This document shows positions 50,041 to 61,944 of a stretch of 64,000 nucleotides of DNA, piece by piece. The notes beneath the pieces were generated by a model. It was not told the origin of the DNA. It saw only the letters and a program-made list of their open reading frames with translations, and did not search any database. Numbering within the stretch: the first letter of the stretch is position 1; each line of letters begins with the position of its first letter. The DNA lies in the NCBI RefSeq assembly GCF_963921235.1, contig NC_086108.1, positions 97,156,001-97,220,000 on the forward strand, in the 5' to 3' direction. The translations under genes were made by a program, and so were the position numbers. Source of the DNA: Mobula hypostoma (lineage: Eukaryota).

Positions 50041-50726
50041 ATGATGGACTCCAAAGTTCAAAGTACATTTATAATGGAAGTACATATAGGTCATCATATA
50101 ACACCTTGAGGTTCATTTTCTTTCAGGCATTCACAGCAGAACAGAGAAATATAATAGAATCAATACAAACCCGCACACAAAGACTGACAGGCAGCTAATG
50201 TGCAGAAGAAGACAAGCTGTGCAAATACAAAAAAAAAAAAAAAATCCAAATAATAAATAATTAAACAAACAAACAAACAAAAATAAAGATAAATAAATAA
50301 ATAAATAATACAGAGAACATGAGTTGTAGAGTTCTGAATGTGAGTCCATAGGTTGTGTTTTGTGATTGGTTGAGTGTTGAGGAGAGTGAAGTTCCCCAAG
50401 ATGCTCATCTACATAACCATTGCCAGAAGGAGAGGCTGGCACCTCACACTGCAACTGAATGGGATGATTTGCAATGACCTGCCCTGCACATCAGTGGGAA
50501 TTGCCTCAGCCAAGGGGGAAATGCTTGTTTTGTCAGCTCCGAGCTGGAGGTGGTATTGGGCAAGGCTGCTCTCTTTCTGGCACCTTATTTATTGTATCAA
50601 GCCTTTTGCTGAATCCATCAGGAATGAAGCATTTAAAGAAGGGTTCCAATCCTAGGCAGATGTCTTTTTTGAAAGCTGCCTTTCATTTTACCAGAGTCCA
50701 GCAGTGAAACCCAATTAACACTGAGC

Positions 50727-50912
50727 AGAGTAACACACCCAACATTCTGGAGGAACTCAGCAGGTCTGGCAGCATCTATGGAAAGTAATAAATAGTCGAC
50801 TTTTCGAACTAAGTCCCTTCATCAGGGCCTAAAATGTTAACCCTTTATTCATTTCCATAGATGCTGCCTGATGTACTGCGGTCTTTTAATACATTGTGTG
50901 TGTTACTCTGGA
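50727..50912. mobile_element. Degraded palindromic PLE pLTR insertion
   Basis: cagagtaacacac...gtgtgttactctg ends; central degenerate HHR (ctgatgaagggacttagttcgaaaagtcgact on the minus strand). Confidence 0.75.
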
Positions 50913-51420
50913 TTACTTTGTGTTTATAATATCGAGCTGGCTAACTTTGCCTCTCACGGTTATGCTACCAGAATTCCCCATTCACTCTGCCAATCTTGAT
51001 TTTAAAAGATGTAAGTGGGATGTTTATTTTTCATTCTTTTATTTTATTTTAATTGAATTCTAATAGTTTAAGGCAAAACTTACATTTTTAGAAACTATTT
51101 AAATCTATTTGTGTTGATGGTTACCAGATTCATTTAATTCAACCCTATGGCTATTGGCAGTGCTGAAAGGTGGTCAAGGCGTTCTGTGGGGTTGGGATCT
51201 TAGAATCACTTCAGGTCAGATTCAGATTTATTCATCACATGAACATGGAACCATTCAGTGAAATGTGTCATTTGTGTTAGCAACCAACGCACCTAAGGGT
51301 CTGCTGGGTGCAGCCTGCAAGTGTCGCCATATATTCTGGTGCCAACATAACATGCTCAGAATACTTGGCAAAATAACACCAGACACAACCAAAGCAGAAC
51401 ACAGGCATCAAAACGACTAC

Positions 51421-52037
51421 ATAGGAGCAGGGATGTGATGTTGAGGCTCTATAAGGCGCTGGTGAGACCTCACTTGGAGTACTGTGGGCAGTTTTGGTCT
51501 CCTTATTTAAGAAAGGATGTGCTGACGTTGGAGAAGGTACAGAGAAGATTCACTAGAATGATTCTGGGAATGAGAGTGTTAACATATGAGGAACGTTTGT
51601 CCGCTCTTGGACTGTATTCCTTGGAGTTTAGAAGAATGAGGGGGGACCTCATAGAAACATTTCGAATGTTGAAAGGCATGGACAGAGTGGATGTGGCAAA
51701 GTTGTTTCCCATAATGGGGGAGTCTAGTACGAGAGGGCATGATTTAAGGATTGAGGGGCGCCCATTCAGAACAGAAATGCGAAGAAATTTTTTTAGCCAG
51801 AGGTTGGTGAATCTATGGAATTTGTTGCCACAGGCGGCAGTGGAGGCCAAGTCATTGGGTGTATTTAAGGCAGAGATTGATAGGTATCTGAGCAGCCAGG
51901 GCATCAAAGGTTATGATGAGAAGGTGGGAGAGTGGAACTAAATGGGAGAATGGATCAGCTCATGGTAAAATGGCGGAGCAGACTTGATGGGCCAAATGGC
52001 CAACTTCTGCTCCTTTGTCTTATGGTCTTATGGTCTT
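51421..52037 (+). mobile_element. Young CR1 3' fragment
   Basis: Uninterrupted ORF 51435-51941 and a (TCTTATGG)n tail. Confidence 0.92.
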
Positions 52038-52974
52038 ACACAAAAGCAAGCCCATTCCCTCCCTTCCATCCACACACACACAGACAGTCTCCTAACTCCA
52101 GGACAGGACTCCAGTCTCTAGGCTTCAGCCATCGGGCTTCGATGTCTAGACTTCTGATCGACCTTCAGGCTTCAGTCTTTGTTATCGATTCCTAAGCTAA
52201 GCGATGATGCGACACTGAACTCTGGGCGGGCCAGCTCACTGGCCCTCACGCCTCCTGCTTGCACAGACATCTGATCCTGGGACCCAGCGACATGGGACAG
52301 TCCAAAATCCACAGGTGTCCTTCCACATCGCCGGCCCTTGAGTGCAGAGCTGAATCCTGGACTCTGGATGTTCTCCATAGCAACATCCACGTGGCTGGAC
52401 TTTGAGCACGGAACACTGGCCTGTGTTTCAGATATCCTTCGTCATCTGTCCACATTGCTAGGTGTCGAACGCAGAGCACAGAATGAAGGTCTGGACTCTG
52501 TATGTCCTTTGTCTCCACGTCCACATCACTGGACTTCAAACACAAAAACCTGTCCTGGTCTCCAGATATCCTTTGTTTTCCACCAACATCATTGCCTTCA
52601 AACGGAGTGAAGGCCTAAACTCTGGTTGTCCTTTGACCCCATTTTCACATTGCTGGCCCTTGAGTGAGGAGTGGAAGCCTGGACTCCAGCCTCTCCGCTA
52701 ACTGACCATATCCCTGTCCCTAAACCCTAGCCTGACCGCTTACTTCCTTTGCTGTCCTTCCCCAACGAACTAAAAAAAAAACCTAACTTAAGCCAATGAG
52801 TCTGGAAACCTGTTCAACCCGAGGATGTAGGAAGGCAACTGAGGAGCCCTTGCCTCCAGATCAACCAATAACACCAGAGCCATGAAAGTTAGATGTGATT
52901 CTCTCTGTTCTTTTCGCTGTTGCCATGGGGAAGGAGGTACAGGAGATTTAGGTCCCGCATCACTTGGTTCAGGA

Positions 52975-54120
52975 TCAGAATCAGGTTTACTATCACCGGC
53001 AGTTAATGTGAAATTTGTTAACTTAGCAGCAGCAGTTCAATGCAATGCATAATCTAGCAGAGAGAAAAAAAAAATCAAAATAATAATAATAAATAAACAA
53101 GTTAATCAATTACATATATAGAATAGATTAAAAACATGTAAAAACTGAAATACTGTATATTAAAAAAAGTGAGGTAGTGTCCAGAGATTCAATGTCCATT
53201 TAGGAATCGGATGGCAGGGGGGAAGAAGCTGTTCCTGAATCGCTGTGTGTGCGCCTTCAGGCTTTTGTACCTCCTACCTGATGGTAACAGTGAGAAAAGG
53301 GCATGCCCTGGATGCTGGAGGTCTTTAATAATGGACGCTGCCTTTCTGAGACACCGCTCCCTAAAGATGTCCTAGGTACTTTGTAGGCTAGTACCCAAGA
53401 TGGAGCTGACTAGATTTACAACCTTCTGCAGCTTCTTTCGGTCCTGTGCAGTAGCCCCACCATACCAGACAGTGATGCAACCTATCAGAATACTCTCCAC
53501 AGTACAACTATAGAAGTTTTTCAGTGTATTGTTGACATGCCAAATCTCTTCAAACTCCTAATAATGTATAGCTGCTGTCTTGCCTTCTTTATAACTACAT
53601 CAATATGTTGGGACCAGGTTAGATCCTCAGAGATCTTGACACCCAGGAACTTGAAACTGCTCAGTCTCTCCACTTCTGATCCCTCTATGAGGATTGGTAT
53701 GTGTTCCTTCATCTTACTCTTACTGAAGTCCACAATCAGCTCCTTCGTCTTACTGACATTGAGTGCCAGGTTGTTGCTGCGGCACCACTCCACTAGTTGG
53801 CATATCTCACTCCTGTATGCCCTCTCGTCACCACCTGAGATTCTACCAACAACAGTTGTATCATCAGCAAATTTATAGATGGTATTTGAGCTATGCCTAG
53901 CCACACAGTCACATGTATACAGAAAGTAGAGCAGTGGGCTAAGCACACACATGAGGTGTGCCAGTGTGGATCATCAGCGAGGAGGATATGTAATCACCAA
54001 TCTGCACAGATTGTGGTCTTCTGGTTAGGAAGTCGAGGATCCAGTTGCAGAGGGAGGTACAGAAGCCCAGGTTCTGCAACTTCTCAATTAGGATTGTGGG
54101 AATGATGGCATTAAATGCTG
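52975..54120 (-). mobile_element. Rex1/Babar LINE fragment
   Basis: ORF 53521-53952 SPLLYFLYTCDC..KFADDTTVVG..KTKELIVDF. Confidence 0.9.
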
Positions 54121-54559
54121 AGCTATAGGAACTGTTATCACCCTAAACCACCAGGCTCCTGAACCAGTGTGAATAACTTTACTTACTTCAACACTGAACT
54201 GATCACTGAACACAATCTATGGACTCACATTCCAGGACCCTACAATTCAGGTTCTCAGAATTACTTATTTCTTTATCTTTTGTGTTCGCACAGTTTGTCT
54301 TCTTTCGCACATTGATTGTTTGTCAGTCTTTGCATATGGTTTTCATTGATTCTGTTGTATTTCTTTGCTCTACTGTGAATGCCTGCAAGAAAATGGATCT
54401 CAGGGTGGTACATGATGACATATACATACTTCGATTATAAACTTACATGAATCTTTGATGGTGTGGAATGTCATGAGGACGATGGCCCAGATGAAGTCCA
54501 TTCCTCATTGTACACAGCTTGTTTAATTATCCTAGCTATTTACAGTAAGGGACTAATCA

Positions 54560-55715
54560 GTAAAACCCCAAGACTTGGGCTTCAATACTCCCTTGTGCAA
54601 CTGGATCCTGGATTTCCTCACTTGCAGACTCCAGTCAGTTTGGATTGGCAAAAACATCTCCTCCATGATCTCTGTCATCACAATAATGTGTGCTTAGTCT
54701 CGGGTCTACTTGCTTTACGCATGGCTACGCATGCGCTATGACCGTATGGCTAAGTACAGCTCCAGCACTGTACACTAGTTTGCTGGTAACGCCACTGTTG
54801 TGGGCTGTATCAAAGATGGTGATGAATCAGCATACAGGAGGGAGATTGAAAATTTGGCTGAATAGTGTTATAAAAAAACTCACTCAATGTCATTAAGACC
54901 AAGGAACTGATTGTAGACTGCAGGAGAAGGAAACCAGAGGTCCATGAGCCAGTATTCATTGAAGGATCAGAGGTGGAGAGGGTCAGTAACTTTAAATTCC
55001 TGAGTGCCACTAACTCAGAGGACCTGTCCTGGACCGATCATATAAATATTATTCCAAAGAAAGCACAGCAGCGCCTCTACCTCCTTAGGATTCTGCGGAG
55101 ATGCGGCATGTCATCGAAAACCTTGGCAAGCTTCTATAGATGTGTGATGGAAAGTGTATTGACTGGCTGCATTATGGCCTGGTATGGGAACATCAATGCC
55201 TTTGAGTGGAAAGTTCTACAAGATATATTGGATTTGGCGTAGTACGTCAGGGGTAAAGCCCTCCCAATTATTGAGCAGATCTATATGAAATGTTGTTGTA
55301 GAAAAGCAACATCCATCATCAAAGATCCTCACCACCCAGGCCATGCTCTCTTCTTGCTGCTGCCATCAGGTAGAGGGTACAAGAGCCTCAGGACTCACAC
55401 CACCAAGTTCAAGAACAGTTACTACCCCTCAACCATCAGGCTCTTGAACAAAAGGGGATAGCTACACTCATTCTATTAATAATGTTCCTGCAACCAATGA
55501 TGTCACTTTACGGACTATTTATCTCGTTATTTCATGCACTTGTTATTTATTACTCTTTATTTCTATCTGCATTTGCACAGTTTGTTATTCATTGTTCCTG
55601 TTTACAGTTACTGTTCTATAGATTTGCTGGGTATGCCCGCAGGAAAAAGAATCTCAGAGCGATATGTGGTGACATATATGTACTCTATAATAAATTTTAC
55701 TTCAGACTTTGAACT
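54560..55715 (+). mobile_element. Rex1/Babar LINE fragment
   Basis: ORF 54973-55242; 3'UTR with a (ctttgaa) tail. Confidence 0.85.
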
Positions 55716-57689
55716 TGAAGTGGTGAACACTGTTGCTCTTAAGCTGCGCAGGAGCACAGCTGAACAGTAACTGAAATTCTTCCATACACATAGCCTTTGT
55801 TGCTGTACAGCTGGGATTTTCTTTTGCATAACGTTAATATAATTTTGAAATACCCTGTAATTAATTATGTTTTAATAAATATAGTCTATAATTTTTCTAA
55901 ATAATAAATGTATGACAACCTTTACTTTAAAAGGATTTTAGAGCTTCAATACATTTACATTGTCAGTGTTTCAATGTACAACACTGTTACAAACTGTAAC
56001 AATAAACACAGAATGGAAGTTGATAGTTCATTGTTAATCAGCCATTGACCCACCAAATGCAGATGTCATCTAGTCAAAACATTTTATTTTTCTCAATGTG
56101 CTTTTTAGTTGTTTTGACTGTCTGACATCTTTTATTTGTGTTGCAATTTTTTGTGGAAAAGAAAAACGGTTTTCAGGCCATGTAAAAATTTCCTACTCAG
56201 GGCAATGGTTGATCTGTGCAGCTGTGAAAAAAAAAGGAAAGTTCTTGTATACATTTTGTTAAATTATCCTAGTTATCTACAGTAAGAGGTGAATGAATGT
56301 TGGTTCATTTGCCAGCACCTATGAAATTCCCATGAATCTCTGAGCAGGAAATTGGTGTTAATAGAAGATTGAAACTGTGTGGTTCGCTCCACAAACTCTG
56401 TGGGAGGTCTATGAACAGGGGATGTTATTTTTTCTTTAATTATCAATGAGTGGTCTGAATCAGGCAGTGTAAATTAGAATAGTGAATTCAATGGCAAATC
56501 AGGTATGAAGTTGAAATAAAGAAAAAATTAAGAGAAAGACATTTCCCTTTACTCCGTCCAATTCATGAAATCATTTCTGGAGGTATTATGGGATGTTTGT
56601 TAATATGCTCATAATGTAGTATTATTCTCAAAGATGAAATAAAATTTGGCAGGTTAATGGATAAAGTGTAATATCAATACAACATCTTGAGAATTCAGGT
56701 GAAGAGAATGACATAACATAGAAAATACTAGAAACATTAAAGACATTGACCATTGTTTGAAATAAATAAAAGAACTGCTGTCTGAATAGAATGTTAAGAA
56801 GCAAGAATCATATTCTCAGAACAGAATTTGACAATCAATAACTTACTTCCTGAAAAGCACATAGTTCTGCTAACCATGGAAATTAGGGTTTGTTCCAATT
56901 AAAGCACTTAAAGGAAATCTAAAAGGAAGATAGTGAGAAACTATTTTCTTTGGTGAGAGATTTCATAACAAGATAGCAATTACTAATAATTAATAATAAA
57001 ACTGATCATTTAGAATAGACTTCTTCACATAAAACATGCTAGGAATCAGAAGAACTCTCCCCCAGACAGTGTTGAGGATAGTCTAAAAATTCTGAGACAG
57101 ATTTATAGATGTCTCATACTGAAGGATGTTAAAGGCTTACAAGGTTATTAACATTTTCACAACTAAGTCTAGGAGATGTGCATCACAGGAATGGACCCTT
57201 CAGCCCATTAAATCCATGCTAGCCATCAACAACTCATTCACATTCATCCCTCTTTAACCCCATATTATTACAAACATTTGTATATTCCCACATTCCCATA
57301 AACTCTCATGTGTCTAATTGAACGGCGGACTAAGCTCAGAGGGATGAATGTACCTGTCTGTACAAGCAGAGTCACTAGTCTGTACTTATCTTTAAATCAA
57401 GTCATTTTTTAGATTAGATTAGATTAACATTTAACACTCAGAATAGAAACTGGTCTCTTGGCACTGATGGTAAAAGAGTGTGTAAGTGTTGGCTACCTGT
57501 TTATCTGTCCCTTTTCATATGGAGCCACGTGTGGAGGTGACTGAGAGGTTCACATTTACAAACAAGTTGATTCCTTCTGCCGTTTAGAAATACTAGTCAT
57601 ACAGTACGAAAAGAGGATCTTCGGCCCATCAAATCCCTGCTGACCATCAAACCATTAATCCTTCACCAGTTCAAATTTAGTTGCACCAT

Positions 57690-57950
57690 CATTCCCCACC
57701 CTCATCTGCCTATTACTACCTACCCCCTCCTTACCTGGACCTGTCAGCTTTTGCTCCATCCCTTCCCGCCAACTTATTTATTCTGCCAATCTCCTGTCAT
57801 TCTTTGCAGTCCAGACTAAGGGCCTTGACCCAAACTGTCGACTGTCCATTTTCTACCATTGGTGCTGCCCGATGTACTGGGTTCCTGTGACGCTTTGTGT
57901 GTGTGTTTTCCCGGATTCCCACATCGGCAGTCTCTTGTGTTTCCTCTGTA
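57690..57950 (+). mobile_element. Old PLE pLTR with eroded HHR and tail
   Basis: cagtccagactaagggccttgacccaaactgtcgactg...tgctgcccg...gtgtgt...gcagtctcttgtgtt. Confidence 0.6.
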
Positions 57951-58695
57951 TTCTCAGAATCTTTATCGCCAGTATGTGAAAGAACTGATTGTGGTTCAGT
58001 GCCAAGCATAAAACACAGTGCAACACCATAACAGACAACACAATATCAACCAGCAATTTCCAAGACAATAGTGCAAACAGCCATGAACAATCAACAATTA
58101 GCAGAATGATCACATGCTCAAACATCAATAATCAGACTTAATTAGGTGTGAAGATATGAACAGACTCAATAATTATCAACAGAACAAGGAGAGCAGGAGA
58201 AAACATTTAATGGATGTTGTGCAGGGACAGTGAGGGTATTCCTCCTGAGTCTTGTTGGGAAGCTGGAGAGCTACAGGAAAGAATCTCTGGAGAGGATGTG
58301 TGGCCCTGGTGGTGATGGACCTGCGGTGTCTCCCTGATGGCAAGTTGGTGAATAGATGAATGGTAGGGTGGGTGGAGTCAGCAGTCATTTTTTGACATCA
58401 ACACTTTCGAGATTTGACTATTCACCTACACACCAGGGACAATTCACAATGGCTGATTAACTGACAAATCTGGACATTTTTAGGATATAGCAGGAAACCA
58501 GAGCACCTGGTAGTTGCTCTTGCAGTCACAGGGAGACCGTGCAAACTCCACACAAACATCACCTGCTGTCAGGATTAAACCTGGGTCACAGGGGCTGCAA
58601 GATGGCGGCTCTACCAGCTGTGGCACTGTGCTGTCAAAGCTTTCTTCTTCTGTTTTATTTCATTCCTCCTTGCTGATGTACAGTACAATTGCCAG

Positions 58696-59030
58696 GCAGC
58701 ACGGTAAGTGGAACGCTTGACAGTGCCAGCGATTGTGATTGGATTTTCATTCCTTCTGCTGTCTGTAAGGAGTTTGTAGGTTCTCCCCGTGACTATGCGG
58801 GTTTCCTCCAGGTGCTCCGGTTTCCCCGCACACTCCAAGGACGCACAGTTAGTGTCAGTGAGTTGTGAGCATCCTATGTTGGTGCTGGAGGTGTGGCGAC
58901 CCGTGCAGGCTGCCCCCAGCACATCCTCGGACTGCGTCGGTTGTTGAAGCAAACGACTCACTTCACTGTATGTTTTGAGGTTTCAATGTACATGTGACGA
59001 GTAAAGCTAATCTTTAATTTTTAAATCTTT
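58696..59030 (+). mobile_element. V-SINE-like element
   Basis: gtaaggagtttgtaggttctccccgtgactatgcgggtttcctccaggtgctccggtttcc core. Confidence 0.75.
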
Positions 59031-60274
59031 AAAAAAAATCCTTAAAACCATAGGTGTGCCAAAAGCCGCCCTCAGTGTTTATAGCAGAGCGTGGTCTGTT
59101 CCTTTTAATGACCGATCACCCTCTTTATTATGTACATCAGAAGGGCTTTTTCATGTATTTTGAAAAGATCAATTTTTATTGCGCATTTTTGAATGTATTT
59201 TCTGTCTGAGACTCATAAACGTCCTGATGTATGGACTGCCAGAGGATACCCTACTGCCTGAACAAAAGCAGAAAGTGGCCTTGCACAGACAGCAATCTTT
59301 CTTGTGAACCTTCCTCTTTGTGAGAGCAGTTTAGTTCTTAGAGGAGAAACCACTAAAACAAATTATGTTTATTTGCGAATCATCTTGAGCTTTAAAGGAG
59401 CTTTTAGAAAGGAACTGCAAGCATTTATTCTGTCTCGACAATAATCTTGCTGCATTTCCTGAACAAAGGCCTAATTAGAAATCATTGGGACTAAAAGCAT
59501 ACTATTGCCTCCATTATAAAAGAAACATACACCTTAAAGGCCCTGTTTGTCTTTTGCTGACCTCTTTGAAAATGGGAGGGTTTTTTTTTGCAATAACTTG
59601 AGAAAAAGCATCCTCCGTTCTCTTTAATCTAAGGGCTGGGTAAGTGCCCAAAGTAACTGTCAGTGGTACCACTTTAATCAACTTAATGTAGCTCTCTGGA
59701 CTGCAGGCTTCGGGCGAGTACAAAGAGATGTGTAGATGTGAGCCTGTGCTTTCACGGGGGCACTGGATGCTGCAGTCTGTGATAGATGAGAGGACTGGGC
59801 CGAAACAGGAGTCAGCAACGTGCCAGTAAGACTGGGCATGCTGTGGAAATGATGGCGTTTGTGTTATGTCAGTAAAAAGGTCTTGGCATAAGCCAACTGG
59901 TCCCACTGTCTGGCACTTTCTCTGCTATGAGGTACTTGTGAAATGAAGTGCAGAAATGATGGACCTTTGTTTCGTTCAAAGGTTTTTTTTTACTGCTTTA
60001 TTCTGAAGCCCCATTGTGAATTCATAGGGCTTAAAATATGTATTACTGTCCCTTTCATTTTTATTCTTCTGAAATAAAATCAAAGGGAAAAAGTTTTCTC
60101 CAAAAGTTAAAGGTAGTTTGAAAATATTTGGCCTGATGCTATCTTCAATGTATTTATTTTAAGAGAAAAATAACATTTTAGAAGTGTTTTCAGGGCTTTG
60201 TTCCATTGGTAGCACTGCAGATCAGAACTTAGCCTTCATAGGCAATTGTTCTCGTTTTCAGTAGAAACAAAATA

Positions 60275-60402
60275 CACTCTGTGGCCACTTTATTAGTTAC
60301 CTCCTGAATGCACAATATGTTGAACCTTGAAGTGGATGGGCTACAGCAGCAGAAGACCAGACCAGATTCCGCTCCTGTACCTAATAAAGTGGCCCCTGAG
60401 CG
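60275..60402. mobile_element. 128-bp Tc1-derived MITE
   Basis: TA + cactctgtggccactttattag ... ctaataaagtggcccctgagcg. Confidence 0.8.
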
Positions 60403-60639
60403 AATATTTCATTGCACTAACAGGGCAGTGTTAAAGACTCCTCCGGGCAGCTTTTAAGTGAACCAACAGGAATTTGAACCAGCCTTGAGCTGAGCATAAA
60501 TGGTGTAAGTCCCTTGCTCTGCGTATTTCCAAATTGTGGGACAACATAATGCCATTGTTTTTTTTAATTCACATTGTAGTCGGTTGACAGGTTATATTTA
60601 GGATAGTGCATAATTAATTTGTACTTTTGGATGTCTAAC

Positions 60640-61940
60640 CACTTGGTATGGCAACTGCTCTGCAAGTGACTGCAAGAAACTGCAAAATGTTGTGGACAGA
60701 GTTCCGCATATCAGAGGAACCAGTCTCCACCGACCTATCCCCACTGACTCTGTCTATACTTCTTGCTGTCTCAGTAAAGCAGCCAACATAATGCAAGACC
60801 TCTCCCACCCCGGACATTCTCCCTTCATCCTTCTCCCACTGGGCAGAAGATACAAAAGCCTAAAATCATGTATCACCAGGCACAGCTTCTATCCTGCAGT
60901 TATCAAACTCTTGAATGGAGTCTCTCGTACAACAAAATAGACTCTTAACCTCAGAGTTTTCCTCTTTATGATCTTGCACTTCATCACTTACCTGCCCTGC
61001 ACTTTTCCTGTAGCTGTTACACTTTATTCTGCATTGTTCAACCTCAATGTGCTGCACAATAATTTGACCTATATGAACAGTTTGAAAGACAAGCTTCTTA
61101 CTGTATCTTGGTTCATGTGACAATAAAAAAAAAACAATGCCATAAGAAGATAAGGTCTTAAGGTTGAAAGAGTGCAGAGAAAATCTACAAGGATGTTGCC
61201 GTGTCTGGAGGAGCTGATTTACAAGGGAAGATTGAGTAGGTTAGAGCTGTATTCTTTAGAACATAGAAGATTGAGGGGAGATTCGATAGAGGTATACAAA
61301 ATTATGAGGGGTATAGATAGGGTAAATGCAAGCAGGTTTTTCCCACTGAGGTTGGGTGAGACTACAATTACAAACTCATTCGTAAGGCCAGTGATGTTGT
61401 GGGGATGGAACTGGACTCTCTGACAGTGGTGTCTGAAATGAGGATGCTGTCCAAGCTGCATGCCATCTTGGACAATGTCTCCCATCCACTACACAGGAGT
61501 ACATTCCGCCAGAGACTCATTCCACCGAGATGCAACACAGAGTGTCATAGGAAGTCATTCCTGCCTGTGGCCATCAAACTTTACAACTCCTCCCTTGGAG
61601 GGTCAGACACCCTGAGCCAATAGGCTGGTCCTGGACTTATTTCCTGGCATAATTGATATATTACTATTTAACTATTTATGGTTTTATTACTATTTATTAT
61701 TTATGGTGCAACTGTAATGAAAACTAATTTCCCCCAGGATCAATAAAGTATGACTATGACTATGACTAGTTAGAGGTCATGGGTTAAGCGTGAAAGGTGA
61801 GAAGTTTAAAGTGAACATGAGGGGAAACTTCTTCACTCAGAAGGTCGTGAGAGTGTGGAATGAGCTGCCAACACAAGTGGTCCATGCGAGCTTGATTTGA
61901 ACGTTTAAGAGAACTTTGGGTAGGTACATGGATAGTAGGG
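60640..61940 (+). mobile_element. Rex 3' remnant (60640-61125), CR1 3' fragment (61150-61940) and nested Rex1-like 3' end (61370-61768)
   Basis: ORFs 60692-60940, 61172-61423 and 61399-61623; (TATGAC)n tail; gactac/gactag at the junctions. Confidence 0.8.
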
Positions 61941-61944
61941 AATA

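Noticed and set aside
50520..50660. Host exon (GCSLSG.. / CIKPFAESIRNE)
   Set aside because: It resembles a frameshifted Tx1/L1 RT motif remnant.
52180..52740. Diverged internal repeats (ggcccttgagtg..cctggactc) as a novel array
   Set aside because: Irregular period and low identity; they appear to be internal to a retroposon split by the 51421 CR1.
59773..59818. HHR-like string tagatga-gaggactgggcc-gaaac-agga-gtc
   Set aside because: The core is UAGAUGA rather than CUGANGA, and there is no adjacent stem I pairing; probably chance.
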